DNA of 64,000 bases from contig CM052818.1 in the NCBI GenBank assembly GCA_028534125.1, forward strand, positions 25,236,001 through 25,300,000, in the 5' to 3' direction. The DNA comes from Lama glama (Eukaryota). Both the position numbers and the translations under genes were made by a program. Position 1 is the stretch's first letter. Each line of letters starts with the position of its first letter. Shown here one piece after another: positions 23,840 to 37,120 of this stretch. The notes beneath the pieces are model-generated. The model made no database searches. It worked only from the letters and a program-made list of their open reading frames with translations, and had not been told where the DNA came from.

Positions 23840-25463
23840 GTAAGCATGAATATCAGCCTAAGTCATTTTCAGTGTAAAAGCTTGTCAATTTTCCTGTTCT
23901 TTCAAGAAAACTTTTTTTTTCCCAGTTAATTCTTAAGTTAATGTAATGACTTCGGCTATGTGGCAGAGTGGTGAAAATCTGCCCAATTGTAAGGAACTCA
24001 ACTGGCCTGATCAAAGTTTTGAAAGAGACTAGACAAAGTTCAGAGTTACGACAGTAGGAGGAGCTGGAGATAGTGACTCACACATACATACAGTCTGATG
24101 TCAAGAACAGGAGGTGCTGAAAGAGCAGAGAAGTATTATTTGAATATATTCTCTGTTGACCTGCTCCATCGCAGCAGAGACAACCTGCGCGTTGGCGTCT
24201 GGCTGAGAGGACAAGGGGTAACCATGCTGAGGGAAAGTCTTTGTTCTGGTTGTCTGCCTACCTGTTAACTTGCCAGGCCTTCCCATGGATGGTTCTGTGT
24301 GCCTTAGTTTCTCTAGACTCTTAATGGATATTCTTTAAAATGTTTAATATTACTCAGCTATAACTTAAATTTTGTGGAAAAACTAACTTAAAATCTGTGA
24401 AGTGCTGGCTCAGTCACCCCAAGGAAATACCAGATGAATTTTTAAGCTATTTTATTTGCTATTTTATGTAGATCAAGTAGTCTTATTTCATGAGCATTTG
24501 ATATCTCCATAGAATTTGGGATCAAAATAAAATTGGAGTGAATTCTTCCTAAATTGTATAATACAGAATCAGGGTGTTTAAAAGTATTGGCTTCCTGTTA
24601 TTTAATTTTATGAGTAACTAGGCAATCTAGTTTTAATTTTCACATCAGTATTTATTAACCTTAAAATTAACTAGGGCTAAAGAAATGAAAAAAGAGTTTA
24701 AAAAATTTAAAACCCATTGCAGTAGTGTTTCCACAAGTAAATTCACTGAAAAAAAAATTCTTTAAATCAAAAGTTCAAGGGGAAAATAGCCTTATAAATT
24801 GTCCAGAGCAGAGCTGCTGAACCAGCCCATTTCCAGCCATGTTGTTTTGTTCTCAGTTCCTTTTTGTTCTTGACTGTTTGGCAAAAGTGCATCCTAGAGG
24901 TGGGTAAAGGGTATGTAGTTGTTCCTCTGCAGCCCTTTGCTTTCCTGTCTTCCTTCCTAGTCTGTTAGCGATATGTCCTTCTTGTTCCCTTCATTCCTAA
25001 CCCCTGTCAGAATGACAGTTTCATTACATCAGTTGCTCATGGATACAGACAGTCTGATTAAACTTTATGAATGAATTTTGTGCATTACGTGATGTATTAA
25101 ACCACTTAACCCTTTCTCCATTAAAGAGCATGCAGGAAGGAATATATACTTTGAAGACGTGAGAAGTTTAATACCCATCCATATGTTCTCTTTGCCAGGT
25201 AGATGATACCAGGGAACTTGGCCCTGACGAATGAGGTCTGCTGCTGATACTCTAGGATATTAGACCCACAGTAGAATTCTGCTTGCAGGTCCACTTCAAG
25301 ACCTCTCACTTTTCCTACTTTCCTTAAACTCCCTGAGCTTTAGGCCCTTATTGAGCTTACCTTCATCTTAACCCAGCTCTCCTTTCTCTGTCTCTCTGCT
25401 CAAGACTTCTATATGGATATTTTGTAGCTATATTTGACATTATCTCAATTGATATGATATATA

Positions 25464-25614
25464 TTTTTTTTTAATCAAATGCTTGGTTTTCCTTTTTGGG
25501 GATGAGACTAGTTAGATTGATTGTTTGACTGACCTGATTGGAGGTACTGGGGATTGAACCGAGGACCTTGTGCATGCTAGGCACACACTCTACCACTGAG
25601 CTATACCCTCCCCC
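25464..25614 (-). mobile_element. Vic-1-like SINE
   Basis: ggaggtactggggattgaaccgaggaccttgtgcatgctaggcacacactctaccactgagctataccctcccc. Confidence 0.85.
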
Positions 25615-26479
25615 TTACGATATTTCTATACTACAACTATTATCAGATGTATTCAAAAACATGCTTGTGCTATCTGTATTCTTCATGACATTTCTGAGAA
25701 ATTTTTTTGCTTCACTAGACTATATTTTCATCATAAATAAAAGTTATAAATTGAAGCAAACACTTGTTACAAACCAGGCAGTGCTATTTAACTAGAGAGA
25801 AAGATGAGTAAGATCTAGTCACTGCCCTCAAGGACCATCACCAGTAGCAACTGGAATTAAAACTATTATATGGGAATCCTCTTCTGTGTATGATTCATAC
25901 ATTTCATACATATTGCTTAGTTACTGTTGGAGGCTAAGTAGAAGTATCCTCACTCTGTTGGTTTTCTTATTTGCTCAGGAAAAAAAAATTAAACAGAAGC
26001 ATTATTTTCTTTCTGTCTTACTTGCTCTTTTCACATTTCAGAGAGAATTATTTAAAATGTTTTACCCTATTAAAAACAGGGCAGATTTTACCCACAGCAT
26101 ATCGCTCAGGTGGGACTGCTCCTAGAGAGGGTGTGTGGAGTAGGGGCGGCCCCCCAGCAGTTGCAGGGAAGGAAGGATGTGGGGACAGCAGGGGGACACA
26201 GAGCTTCACGTTCCAGCCATGAGGACCATGCTGTATCTCCTAACACTAATAGTTACTACAGCCCCATTTCACCCATTTAGTTTCTCTAGAATTTACAGTG
26301 AGTTGCCAGATTAAAGAATAGGTCAAATTCAGTAGCTTTTAAAAGTATTACAATAGCCATTTGGGAAATATAATGAAAATGCAGCCTATTTTTAAAAGCA
26401 ACAAAAATATAAAATATATTAAGAGTAGACTTAATATGTGTAAGACCAGTATATTTTTTATAAACAACCTTGTTATTGT

Positions 26480-27100
26480 GAAGAACATTGCTAAGCACCT
26501 CAGACCTCCCCATGGCACTCCCTGCAAATCATTTTCCATTTTTATCATAATCATGCACCCCTAAACATCAGCATTAAGTTTACCTGATTTTTCAACAATA
26601 TGTAAGTGGAATCATAAAGTATATATTCATTTGGGTCTGACTTCTTTTGTGCAGCATTACTGTTGGATGTACTACAATTTGTTCATTTTCATTGAGCTCT
26701 AATTTCCCATCGTGTGACCGTGTCATCATTTTATCCATTCTACTATTGATAGGCATTTGGGTTCCATCCAGTTTTTGGTTATTCTGAGCACTGCAGCTTG
26801 TGAATATTTTTGCATGTTTTCCTGTGCATGTATGTAGTGGTGTTCTCTAGAACAGATAACTAGGAGTGTTACTGCAGGGTTATAAGGGAGGCATATCTTA
26901 GCATTAATGGTAATGTAATTAACCGATATAGTCGTACCAATTTGTACTCCCACCTTCTGTGTATGAGTGTTTGCTCCTCTCTGTTATTAATAACCCTTAA
27001 TTAATAACCCTTGTTATTGTTGTTCTGCTGGTGGATGTGTATAGTAGCTTGTGGTTTTAATCCCTGATTATTAATGAAGCTAGCATTTTCCATCTATTTT
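26480..27100 (-). mobile_element. old L1 3' fragment
   Basis: ORF 26726..26953(-) LPYNPAVTLL...WMEPKCLSIVEWIK resembles the L1 ORF2 C-terminus. Confidence 0.75.
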
Positions 27101-27753
27101 TCCAAACTTTCAAAATAAGAATTTATTTAGTCTCTTTGTAGCAAAATAAAAAATAATTTTAAACTTACATAAAATTAAAATCGATTGCATTATAACTAAC
27201 TTAATTTACTAAGTTGAATCACTTGAAATACAGGGCTAAATTTCTTATTTGGGGGGTTTTTCTGTCCACACTTGTAAGAGGAGTGTCTCTTGCTAATTAG
27301 CATTTCAGTTTTCTCATCCACGTTGGCTTAGTTGGATAAGAAGGCAGAGGAGTATTACTGAGATAGCATCAAATTGGGAGACAGGCGACTCTGCCACAAA
27401 GGGTAGAGGGGACCTGGAACAGCCACCCAGTTGCTGGGTCTCAGTTTCCACCTCTGAAAAATAGAGGGTTGGACAGATGGTTTGTAGTTTCTTTCTAGCC
27501 CTAATATCCTAAAAGCATGTGTTGTTTTTTTTTTACTAAAAAAAATTTTACAGTCCTTACCTTACAGTCTTTATAAAGATACTTCATAATTTGGATTTTT
27601 CTGCAAATCCTGAGTTTCTGTGAGAAGAAGCTGTATTCATAGTGGAGAGTACTATTTCATATATTTTCATAGAACTAAAATTGTCAATAGTGTTCTTATG
27701 AAATTATTTGACTTTTGTTTTCCTTTCTTTAATATATCTTGTTTTTTTTCTAG

Positions 27754-27925
27754 CACATAGATTTTCCTATACCGTGTCCACTTAGAATGTTTGAAATGCT
27801 GGTAGTTCCTGAACAGGAGTACCCTTTAGTTTGTGTTGGCGTCAGTAGAGGGAGAGACTTCAACCAGGTGGTTCGATTTGAAACAGTCAACCCAAATTCT
27901 ACCTCTTCATGGTTTACAGAATCAG
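27754..27925 (+). CDS. MAP4K3: MAP4K3 exon ([16 protein letters not shown]...SSWFTES)
   Basis: ctag|CAC...G|gtttgt; 172 nt. Confidence 0.96.
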
Positions 27926-28107
27926 GTTTGTGATTTTTATTAATTGTTAAGGCCAGTGTATAGACTTGTTCGATAAGTATTAAATTTACTGTATCTTTCA
28001 TTAGGCAAAAGCCATGCATAAATATCCAGTCTTGAATAACTTACCAAACTGGAAAAAGAGATGACATGCTTTGAAATAGCTAATTTGTGTGACACGTTTA
28101 AAACCTA

Positions 28108-28270
28108 CTAGTGGTTCCCAAACTCAAGTGTGCGTCAGAATCTCCTAGCGAGGCCCTGCCCCCCGAGTTTCATTCAGCAGGTCTGGAGTGGGGCCTGAGA
28201 CTTTTCATTCTGTAGGTTCCTGGGTGATGCTGATGACGTTAATACAAGAACCACACTTGGAGAACCACAC
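28108..28270 (+). mobile_element. MER5A-like MITE
   Basis: tagtggttcccaaact...gggcctgaga...accacacttggagaaccac. Confidence 0.75.
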
Positions 28271-29524
28271 ATATACACACAAACCTCAGGCTAAGAGAAA
28301 AACTGATTTATATAAAAGGAAAAGCTGCACCAACTAAGTATGGTGTATTTTCCAGTATATTTTTGTAATCGATACACAGGTATTACCAGTAACTTTAATA
28401 CATACTTTTAATGATTTATAATTAGGATAAAAATTATAAGTAAATAGTAAAATACTTCCAAAGTATTTGAGGGTGCTTGAAAATAATTCTTTTGTATAAT
28501 TTATTCCCTTAAATTCTGATCTATGTTGCCCAGTTGCATAATAGATCCTTCCTTTGTAAGTTGTGTCTTAGGAAATATTATCTCCAGTTAATGAGCTTTT
28601 CACAGAAATTTGATTGTTGTTTGAAACCTTCAGTAGTATTGTTGCAGTCCACGCACATTGGCAAAACTTGAGTTTCGTGTTAAATAAATCTGATTAAACT
28701 TTCATACTTAAAAAAAATGACCTTAAAGGCCTTTTTAATCTTTATTTTTAAAGCACTGTGTTTGTTATGAAGCTCCTTTTGCTTTTTTCTCTTTGAAAAT
28801 AACACTGTACAATGTTTTGCTATAAAATAGACAGTGGCCATTTTAGAAGATAATTTTTAAAGGTCTGGCAAAAGCCCCTTTGTATCAATTAGTCAGGAGT
28901 TGGTTGGAAGCCTGGAATAGTGTTCACAAAAGGGAAAAAATTAAGAGACTGAGGTTTTTTGACGTTGACAAAAAAAAAAATGATCACAAACACATTCACA
29001 AAAGTCTAAAGACAATTATATGGCTTGCTAAAACCCAGAACCCAGGAAACTCAAACCAGCTTTCCTTCCAGGACACATTACTTAGGGAAAACATGGCCGG
29101 CTCTTGGCAGAATTATGTGGCTTCTCTTTGGCTTCCCCAAACTCGCTGTTAAATTTTCCCTGTAGACACCCATCTTCCCTTTCAGACACAGGACGAACTC
29201 CTGCTTTCTAATCTCTTCCTCCCTGTTTAACAGGAAGGGATTGTTGGCTGATTAATATTTTATTTAGCGAATTTCAGTTGTCTTATTTCTCCAAAGCACT
29301 TTAGTTTTAAATCCCTTCCCACCAATTGTTGAATGAAGGGCTTCATTTCCTGACAAAAGAATTTTGTACCTTCCTTCCCAGGAACTTTTGATTACTCCTC
29401 TTACCATAATGAAAGCCCTTTCTTAGGTGTTAAGCATAGCGAATATAATTCAGTCTGGTTTTTAGATGATAGAATAGAAGAAGAGAAAGTATGTTTAGGG
29501 TTTTGTATCAGCTGAAATCATAAG

Positions 29525-29670
29525 CTAGTGGCTTCCTAAGCTCTGCTGCACACTAGAACCCACCTGAGAAGCTTCTAAACCTCTTGATACTTCAAGTCAC
29601 ACACACCCTCGATTAAATAAGAACATCTGGTGGCAGCTGGGCATCCAGATGATTCCAATGTTCAGGAACT
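29525..29670. mobile_element. MER5-family MITE remnant
   Basis: ctgcacactagaacccacctgagaagc...ccagatgattccaatg. Confidence 0.55.
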
Positions 29671-30572
29671 AATGTTATAAGCAATTTGTGAATCTTATTT
29701 TCCTGTCTTTCTAATAATGCTAGACTGGCTTCTTGAACTGATTCTTAATTTTCACCAAGTGTATAGGAATTACAAAGTTCTGGCTGACCTAATTTACTGG
29801 AGGCCTGTTCCATATCCTTCCAAACCTGGCTGTGGAAGTACCAGGTCTAAAATAGTGTGAGGGTCTGAAATACCACATTCCTTGGGTTTATTAAGATTCT
29901 AAACATATAGGAAGGAGAAAACAAGCAGGCTAGACTTTGGATCAGACCCATTCTCCAGAAACCAAGGCCTATAGCTCAGTAGTTTCAATTCTGATGTTCA
30001 TATAAAGCCTGGTATATCCTGCCTTTCACTTCCTGGAAAACTAAGTCATTTAAACATTTTCCGTTTGTAAGAACTTTGATGAACCATTATAAAAATAATG
30101 CCTCTTTGTGTTTTTATAGTACTTCATACTTCTCAAAGTACTTCAGTATTTTTATAACTCATTTGTTATTGAAGTAATTTGTTTGACTCTAATTAATTCA
30201 ATAAATATTTATTGCATGTGCTAGACACTACGTATAATGATGTACAGAGCACATCCCTGGCCCTCTGAGCTTCAAATCAGAAACTAGTCATAGCATAATA
30301 TAGAAGATTAGACATCTGATTTCACATAAGAATAAAATAATGACATCACCAGTAGTAGTGAAGTAGCTAACCCTCTGTGAAGCACTCACGTGGTTTGGCA
30401 CTTCTGTCAGTGTTTGTACACAGCCGCCTGCCTCAACCACTACATATATTTAGCTAAAAATGTGTATCCATTTCAAATTCAGTGACGTTCAGGATTTTTT
30501 TTTTATTTAATGTTTCTATGCTTTAAATATTACTACTTTCTGTAAGTTTTATCAAAGTTGTTTGTGTTGCAG

Positions 30573-30641
30573 ATACCCCACAGACAAGTGTTACTCATGT
30601 AACCCAGCTGGAGAGAGATACCATTCTTGTATGCTTGGACT
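30573..30641 (+). CDS. MAP4K3: MAP4K3 exon (DTPQTSVTHVTQLERDTILVCLD)
   Basis: gcag|AT...T|gtaagt; 69 nt. Confidence 0.96.
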
Positions 30642-30720
30642 GTAAGTTTTTGTTTATGAACATCTTATTTTAATAATATTTCTTTTGTCTTAGTTTCTGA
30701 GTGACTTTTTTTCTCTCTAG

Positions 30721-30813
30721 GTTGTATAAAAATAGTGAATCTCCAAGGAAGATTAAAATCTAGCAGAAAACTATCATCAGAACTCACCTTTGATTTCCAG
30801 ATTGAATCAATAG
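30721..30813 (+). CDS. MAP4K3: MAP4K3 exon (CIKIVNLQGRLKSSRKLSSELTFDFQIESI)
   Basis: ctag|GT...G|gtaagc; 93 nt; preceded by a 79-nt intron. Confidence 0.96.
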
Positions 30814-31594
30814 GTAAGCCAAAGTTTTCTTACTTGTTTGATTGCATTATAAGCTGCTCAAAATAATTTATCTGATAATTATTTGAAATTATAAAAATAT
30901 ATTACTAAGGACTCATTTTTTTAAATACAGAATATAATGAATATGAGATGAATATCAATCTTTGCTTTTACATATTTTCTAAAATAGTTTAATATAATCT
31001 GTAAATAATATTATCTTCTCTACAGAATTAGCATTTTCAGAATAATTAAATATCATTTTTCATAACCTAGTTATGAATTTCCATTTTCTCTAGGCTCCTG
31101 TAGAGTTTCCCTAATAAGTACTTTAAAATTTAGTCCTTAGTATAGTCCATTGTATTTTTGCTGTTGTATCTACTGACAGAGTATAAGTACATGGAATGTC
31201 CTCTTGCCATTTTTACATTTTGCTTGATAGGAGTTTTTTCTGAAAAAGGATTTCTTTTAGAATCAGTATTCTAAGATGATTGCATTCAGGAAAAATGAGA
31301 TTAAATGACCATAATAGAGAGAATGCTGGGGAACATGAGTGACAATTAATCTAGCTATACACAGTTTCTCTGATGTCCTCTGTCAGTAAAGACACTTGCA
31401 TGTGTATGCATCAGCAGAAGGGAGGGCCACGGGCAGATATTTTATTTTTCTTATTCCAAGTCCTCTTTTTTACTCTTTCCCCCAGTTAGAATGCCTCTCT
31501 CCCAACAAGCAAATGCTGACGATAATAACAAGTCAGTTTTGAGGGACATCTGCTTGAGAGGCTACAATGGAATCTATTTAAAAACACAGAGCAG

Positions 31595-31751
31595 GGAGAG
31601 GAGAGGGATATAGCTCAGTGGCAGAGCACATGCTTAGCGTGCACAAGGTCCTGGGTTCAATCCCAAATACCTCCATTTTAAAAATAAACAAACAAACAAA
31701 CAAACCTACTTACCTTCCTTCCCCCACCCCCACCCCCAAAAGGGAGAAAAA
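31595..31751 (+). mobile_element. Vic-1-like SINE, full length
   Basis: A box tagctcagtgg, B box ggttcaatcc, A-rich tail; TSD aaaaacacagagc / aaaaacacatagc. Confidence 0.88.
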
Positions 31752-31899
31752 AAAAACACATAGCCAGATCAAAAACCAAGACATAGAACAGAAACTCAAA
31801 GTAATATGCAGGCCTCAGGCCAACAGACCTGCCGCACTCCTGGGTGATAAAGAAGACTAACAGCGTCCCACAGGAGGTGGGGAGCCAGAGCCAGGAGGC

Positions 31900-33640
31900 A
31901 CCTCCTAATAAAGACTCCCCCCACATAAGGCCTGATGGTTTTGTAGGTGATTTTTACCCACCTTTAGAAGAAGAGATAATCCCTTTCCTATACAAACTGC
32001 TTCAGATCGTAGACAAAGAAGAAATGCGGAATAAATCGGTTTTTAACACTGATGCTAAAATCAATAAAATTATACAGAAAACAAAATTATCTGATCTCAT
32101 GAAAATAGATTTTGGGAAATCTAAATAAAATACCAGCAAATAGAATTCCATATTATCAAACAGTAGGCTTTAATCTCAGAAGAGCAAAGATGGTTCAGTT
32201 TTAAAAAGTTTATTTATGTAATATAGCACATTAAAGATTAAAAGCAAAAAGTCATGTAATTCTTCAGCAGTTACACCAAAAGCATTCAATAAAATCTGTC
32301 ATTTATGACTTTAAAAAAAACTTCTTAAAAATTAGGAACAGAAGGAAATAACCCTTCATCAAGCAAAGCCTATTAAAAATATCATGTTTAAGGGTTAAAG
32401 TAATTCCCATTAAGTTGGAGAATGAGATAAGGATGCTTGCTCTCATCACATTTCAACATTGTCTTATTAGACAGGAAAAGGGAACTATGAGGATTAGTAA
32501 GAAATAAGTAAAAATAAAAATCCTTTTTTGCTGATGGAATGGTTATCTACTAGAATATACAACTCTAAACTATTAGAACCAATAAGAGAATTTAGAATTG
32601 CTAGATACGAGTAACAGAGATGATGGCTTTCTGATATGCCAGTAAGATAGGAATAAATGTAATCAAATATATCTAGAAAATCACAAATTATTGTTTAACA
32701 GCATAAAGAAGATTTGAACAAATGAACTACACCATGTCCATGGATAGGAAGACTAAATATGACAAAGATGTCAGTTCTTCACAAATTAATCCACAAATTC
32801 AGTGTATTTACAATAAAAATCCCAATAAAGTATTATGTGCCACTTGATAAGCTGATCTTAAAATTCACATGGAAAAGCCAAAGGCCAGGAATAGTGAAAT
32901 AAATTTTGATGAATACTTACCCACTTGATATTGAAACTTATCTATAAAGCCTTAGTGATTTAAGACAGTGAGGGATCAACAGAGAGATGAACGTAAAGAA
33001 GAGTGGAACAGAAGAGAAAGCTCAGAAGTACGTGTGAATGGAAAGTTGTATCATATGTCAGTGGGAAATGATACACTATTCAACAAATGATTCTAGTACA
33101 GTTGTTTATCTGCAGGGGAACAAAATTAGATTTCTTCCACACTGAATACACACAAAAATATGTATTAAATATGTAAATACAGAAAGCGAAGCTAAAATTT
33201 TTAGAAGGCACATTTTTGCCTCTTTCCCAGTAATTCTGTTTCTAGATATCTGCCCCAAGAAAATTTCGCACATGTATTCCAAGAAAAGGTACAATAATGT
33301 TTATTGCAGCATTGTTTGTAATAACAAAAAAATAGAAACTTCGTTTGGTTCATCATACCAAATGTAGGAAAGTTGGAAACATTCAGTATAAAGTTTACAC
33401 TGATAATGTGAACTTACTGTGTTATAATAGTAAAAACATGCATGAGATAACATTGCTGTCTCAGGGAGGAGGGGAAGGCTGGAATGGAACCAGAGAAGGA
33501 ATATATAAGCACGCTAGCTGTATTCATTTTTATTTAAAACAAAAAGCAAATATGGCAAAAGGTTAGGAGAGTTGAATGGTGGATACATGTGTTTTTATGC
33601 TATTCTCATATTTTTCTGTATGTTTGAAATATTTTATTTT
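31900..33640 (+). mobile_element. old L1 ORF2/3' fragment (decayed)
   Basis: PDGFVGDFYPPLEEEIIPFLYKLLQ (ORF 31844) resembles L1 ORF2 PDGFTGEFYQTFKEE; further L1 motifs such as catggataggaagactaaatat. Confidence 0.8.
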
Positions 33641-33923
33641 AAAATATTGTTATTTTATCAAAGCATACAGCAAAAAAAGATATTTTCAGTGAGTTTTCTT
33701 TTTCTTGTCAGAAAAATAAATCAGCTGTGTATAGTACTTACGCTACATAGTATATGCTGTGTAGTTCTGAGCGGTGTAGTAAAGATGCCATTATAAATAT
33801 GGAAAGACTAACATTTGTTACTAATTGAGATACTGCTATGCGAGATAGAAAGAGGGATGAAATGATGCTTATCAGTTGAACTTTTGTACTATTAACAGTA
33901 ACTGAGCTGTTCTTGCCTGCTAG

Positions 33924-33994
33924 TTTGCCTGCAAGACAGTGTGCTAGCTTTCTGGAAACATGGAATGCAAGGTAGAAGTTTTAGATCTAATGAG
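33924..33994 (+). CDS. MAP4K3: MAP4K3 exon ([23 protein letters not shown])
   Basis: ctag|TT...GAG|gtaagt; 71 nt. Confidence 0.96.
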
Positions 33995-34899
33995 GTAAGT
34001 AATCTTTTTTAAATTATGTCCATTAACTATTATGTCCTGATAATAGTTTAATTATCAGATTCTACATCAGTTTTCTTTAACTTTGGAAAATTCCTAATTG
34101 GTACAAGGAATACTTGACTTGCTAATACCTTTATTAATATTTTCAGTATTCAGTCCAGTGATTAAAATTAGTAGCCCATACTTTATAGACACATCTCCCT
34201 CTCTTCGCTCACCTGAACAACTTCCGTGCACATTACATGCTTCCAGATAATCACCCTCATATGCAGAACAGGAACTCCCTAAATACTGTGGTTTTCTCTT
34301 AGCTTTCCCAGACTGTCACCTGGAACGGGACGGCCGATGCTGGCTCTCTCTACTTTGTATGTCAGAAATAATGACCAATGCAGGCTATCACTAAAGGGTT
34401 CTGCATTTCTCTTGAAGCCATCTTGCCTCCTATTTCTGTTATCCTTATTCACTTGACATTTATAAGATTCTTTGCCCATTTCCTTTCCCTTTTCCCTAAT
34501 CTTTTATTAACCTTACTCCTTTTTATTAAATAGCTTACCTATATCTCCTTATCTTCTTACCTTAATTTAACTCCAGAAATAATTTAACCCCAAGTCATAC
34601 GATGTATTGAGTTCAGTTTAACATTTACACCAGAAAGTGCTGAGGTTTCAAACATGAACAAGACTTGGTACTTGCCCCCTAGAATATTACAGGCTAGTAA
34701 AGTCATCCTAAGTTTTTTCATACCCCCCAGCCAATCTCGGTAGTAAAACTTTCACTTGAGCATTAGAGGGAAAGGAAAACCTTAGGTGCCCAAAGCGAGA
34801 AAATAGCTCATTTGTGTTTTAAACTGTCATTCATTAAGCTCAGAGCATTTCTTCTAACCAAATGAGCAGTGCAGAAGAGTGATCACGAGCGTGGGTACC

Positions 34900-35100
34900 A
34901 GGGGAGACACCCGGTTCAGTCTCAGCTCTGCTCTTCAGTAACTGTGTGACCTGGCATATCACTTCACTTCTCTTTACCTCTGTTTTTTCATTGTGAATTG
35001 AGGATAACAACATGGCACTTCCTTCATAGGGTTGCTAAGGTTAAATGAAAGGAAGCCTGTAATGTGCTTAGCATAACGCCTGGCCTATAGTAAGTGTTCA
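34900..35100 (+). mobile_element. MIR SINE
   Basis: cagctctgctcttcagtaactgtgtgacctgg...tagtaagtgttcaa. Confidence 0.72.
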
Positions 35101-36303
35101 AGAAAGGTGGCTGCCAGTATGTTTCTACGAGTAATTCCCACAAGAGGGCTCACTTCTCAGGAAGATTTTTTAAAATCACTTGAAGCAGTGGGGGCTGGAG
35201 ATAAGAATAGTCAACAGCTAATGAACACCAGGCAGAGGAAGAAAGGCATCATAGGCGGGATACAAGAGAATGGTTTAAAAAAACACAAGTTCGCCCCCAA
35301 AAGTCACCTGCAGGGCTTTTTCAAACATAAGCAGCCCTTACTAAATACAACCCCTCCAAAAATGGTATGTCCCTCTAGTAGGCAAACCCCAGAACACATC
35401 GACAATCAGTCATGATGAGCCACTATTATAGCATGTTGTGTCCTTCAGGTGTGCTGAGTCACAAAAGAAGTCAAGAATCACTGTTGTTTCCAGAATAATC
35501 AGTTTCAAAATCAAATGTTTTTTCAGCCTGCCAAATTTAGGGGAGAAGCTACTGCCATTATAACTGGGGATGTTTTGCATTCAGTAAGCAGTAAACAGTG
35601 GGTTTCTCTTTCCCCTATAGGCTTTTCTTACTCTCCTGTAGGCTAACTCCCCAACTAGTAATTGTTGGGGAGTCACACTGAGGACTTTAGGACATACACC
35701 ATTAGAAAATATTATTTCAAGAGACTGGAAAAGGGAATTATTATTCCTTAGCTAGGCATTATATCCACTAACACTTAAGAGAATACTGCAAGATACCAAT
35801 GCAAGGTAGACATTATCTGTCCTACTTTGCTGAATTACAAACAAATTGCATACCTTGCATAATTATCACAGCTGGTAAGTGGGAAACCTGGAATTTCAAC
35901 TTGAGTCCTGAGTTTGTCCCATCATAGCACATGGCAGCCTTTTAAGTAAAAGGACCAGACCAAGTGTCTTACTGCTGCAGGAGTCTTGCTGTTAGCACAA
36001 ACATAAGTGAGGTTTCTGATAAATAAAATGGACTAGGTGCTTTGCTTTTAAATTTTTCCCTTGAAATCTGTATAACAAGTAAATGGTTTCCCACTGTCAT
36101 GCTTTATGATTAACTGAAAAGTAGCCACATTTTTCCTAGACTAACAGATGGATGCACCTGTGTGCTGCTTTAACAAATTAACAGTCATAAAGAAATCTAT
36201 TTCCATTTTAGGAAGTATGTTTCTTTTCTTTAGTGTTATAAATTAAATGCCCATATAAAATGCTGTGCCTTTAATTTCAGAAATTGATATTTTAATTGAA
36301 CAG

Positions 36304-36359
36304 GTAACACAAGAAATTTCAGATAGCACAAGAATTTTCAGACTGCTTGGATCTGACAG
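36304..36359 (+). CDS. MAP4K3: MAP4K3 penultimate exon (VTQEISDSTRIFRLLGSD-R)
   Basis: acag|GTA...AG|gtatga; 56 nt. Confidence 0.95.
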
Positions 36360-37032
36360 GTATGAAGAGGGGTTATATTAAATACATAGTTCTACACGTG
36401 TTTTATAAATCCAGCATGAAACTGGTTTCTTTTTCAAGAGACTTGAAATTTCTGCAGTAGTATATTCAACATTGTATTTTTCATACTATAAGAATTCACA
36501 GGTCAGAAAGTTATAAAGCCTTTGGGAATGTGTCTGACCTTCCAAGTAGCAGGAATATACTGATCTGTCAGTACTAGTTTTGCATTAAACATAATATTTA
36601 AAGTATGCTTTACAGCACAAGAAAGAGGAGGTACTGTATGCTAGTAAACAGAAACGTTTTCAGTTTTAGTACCAAAAAGGATTTGGGGGTTCTATTCTGA
36701 TTTACTTTCTGATTCTTGAACTACAGATTCTTTTTGGAATTTGTAATTGAAATTAAGTTCTCCCAAACTATTTCTACTACAGGTTTGCCCTGCCTGACTC
36801 TTAGAACAACACTGGCTTAGAGCTGGGAGGTGGTGGGTGGCAAAATTACTTCCCAGAGCTGGAATTGACTCTTTAATCCCAGTGATTTGCAAGTGATTTC
36901 TGCCCACAAGTCAAATAACCAACATTTATTAGAGGCATATAATGAAGAAGCAATGGGAAAATTTTCTGCTAACATGAGTTTTCAAGAGTAACTTTGTTTT
37001 GTTACATGTTTTTTGTTTGTTTACTATTTTAG

Positions 37033-37120
37033 GGTCGTGGTTTTGGAAAGTAGGCCAACTGATAACCCCACAGCAAATAGCAATTTATACATCCTGGCGG
37101 GTCATGAAAACAGTTACTGA
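37033..37120 (+). CDS. MAP4K3: MAP4K3 last coding exon ([28 protein letters not shown])
   Basis: ttag|G GTC...TAC TGA; matches recalled MAP4K3 C-terminus. Confidence 0.97.

Noticed and set aside
31608..31675. tRNA-like sequence with A and B boxes
   Set aside because: Head of a tRNA-derived SINE with A-rich tail and TSD, not a tRNA gene.
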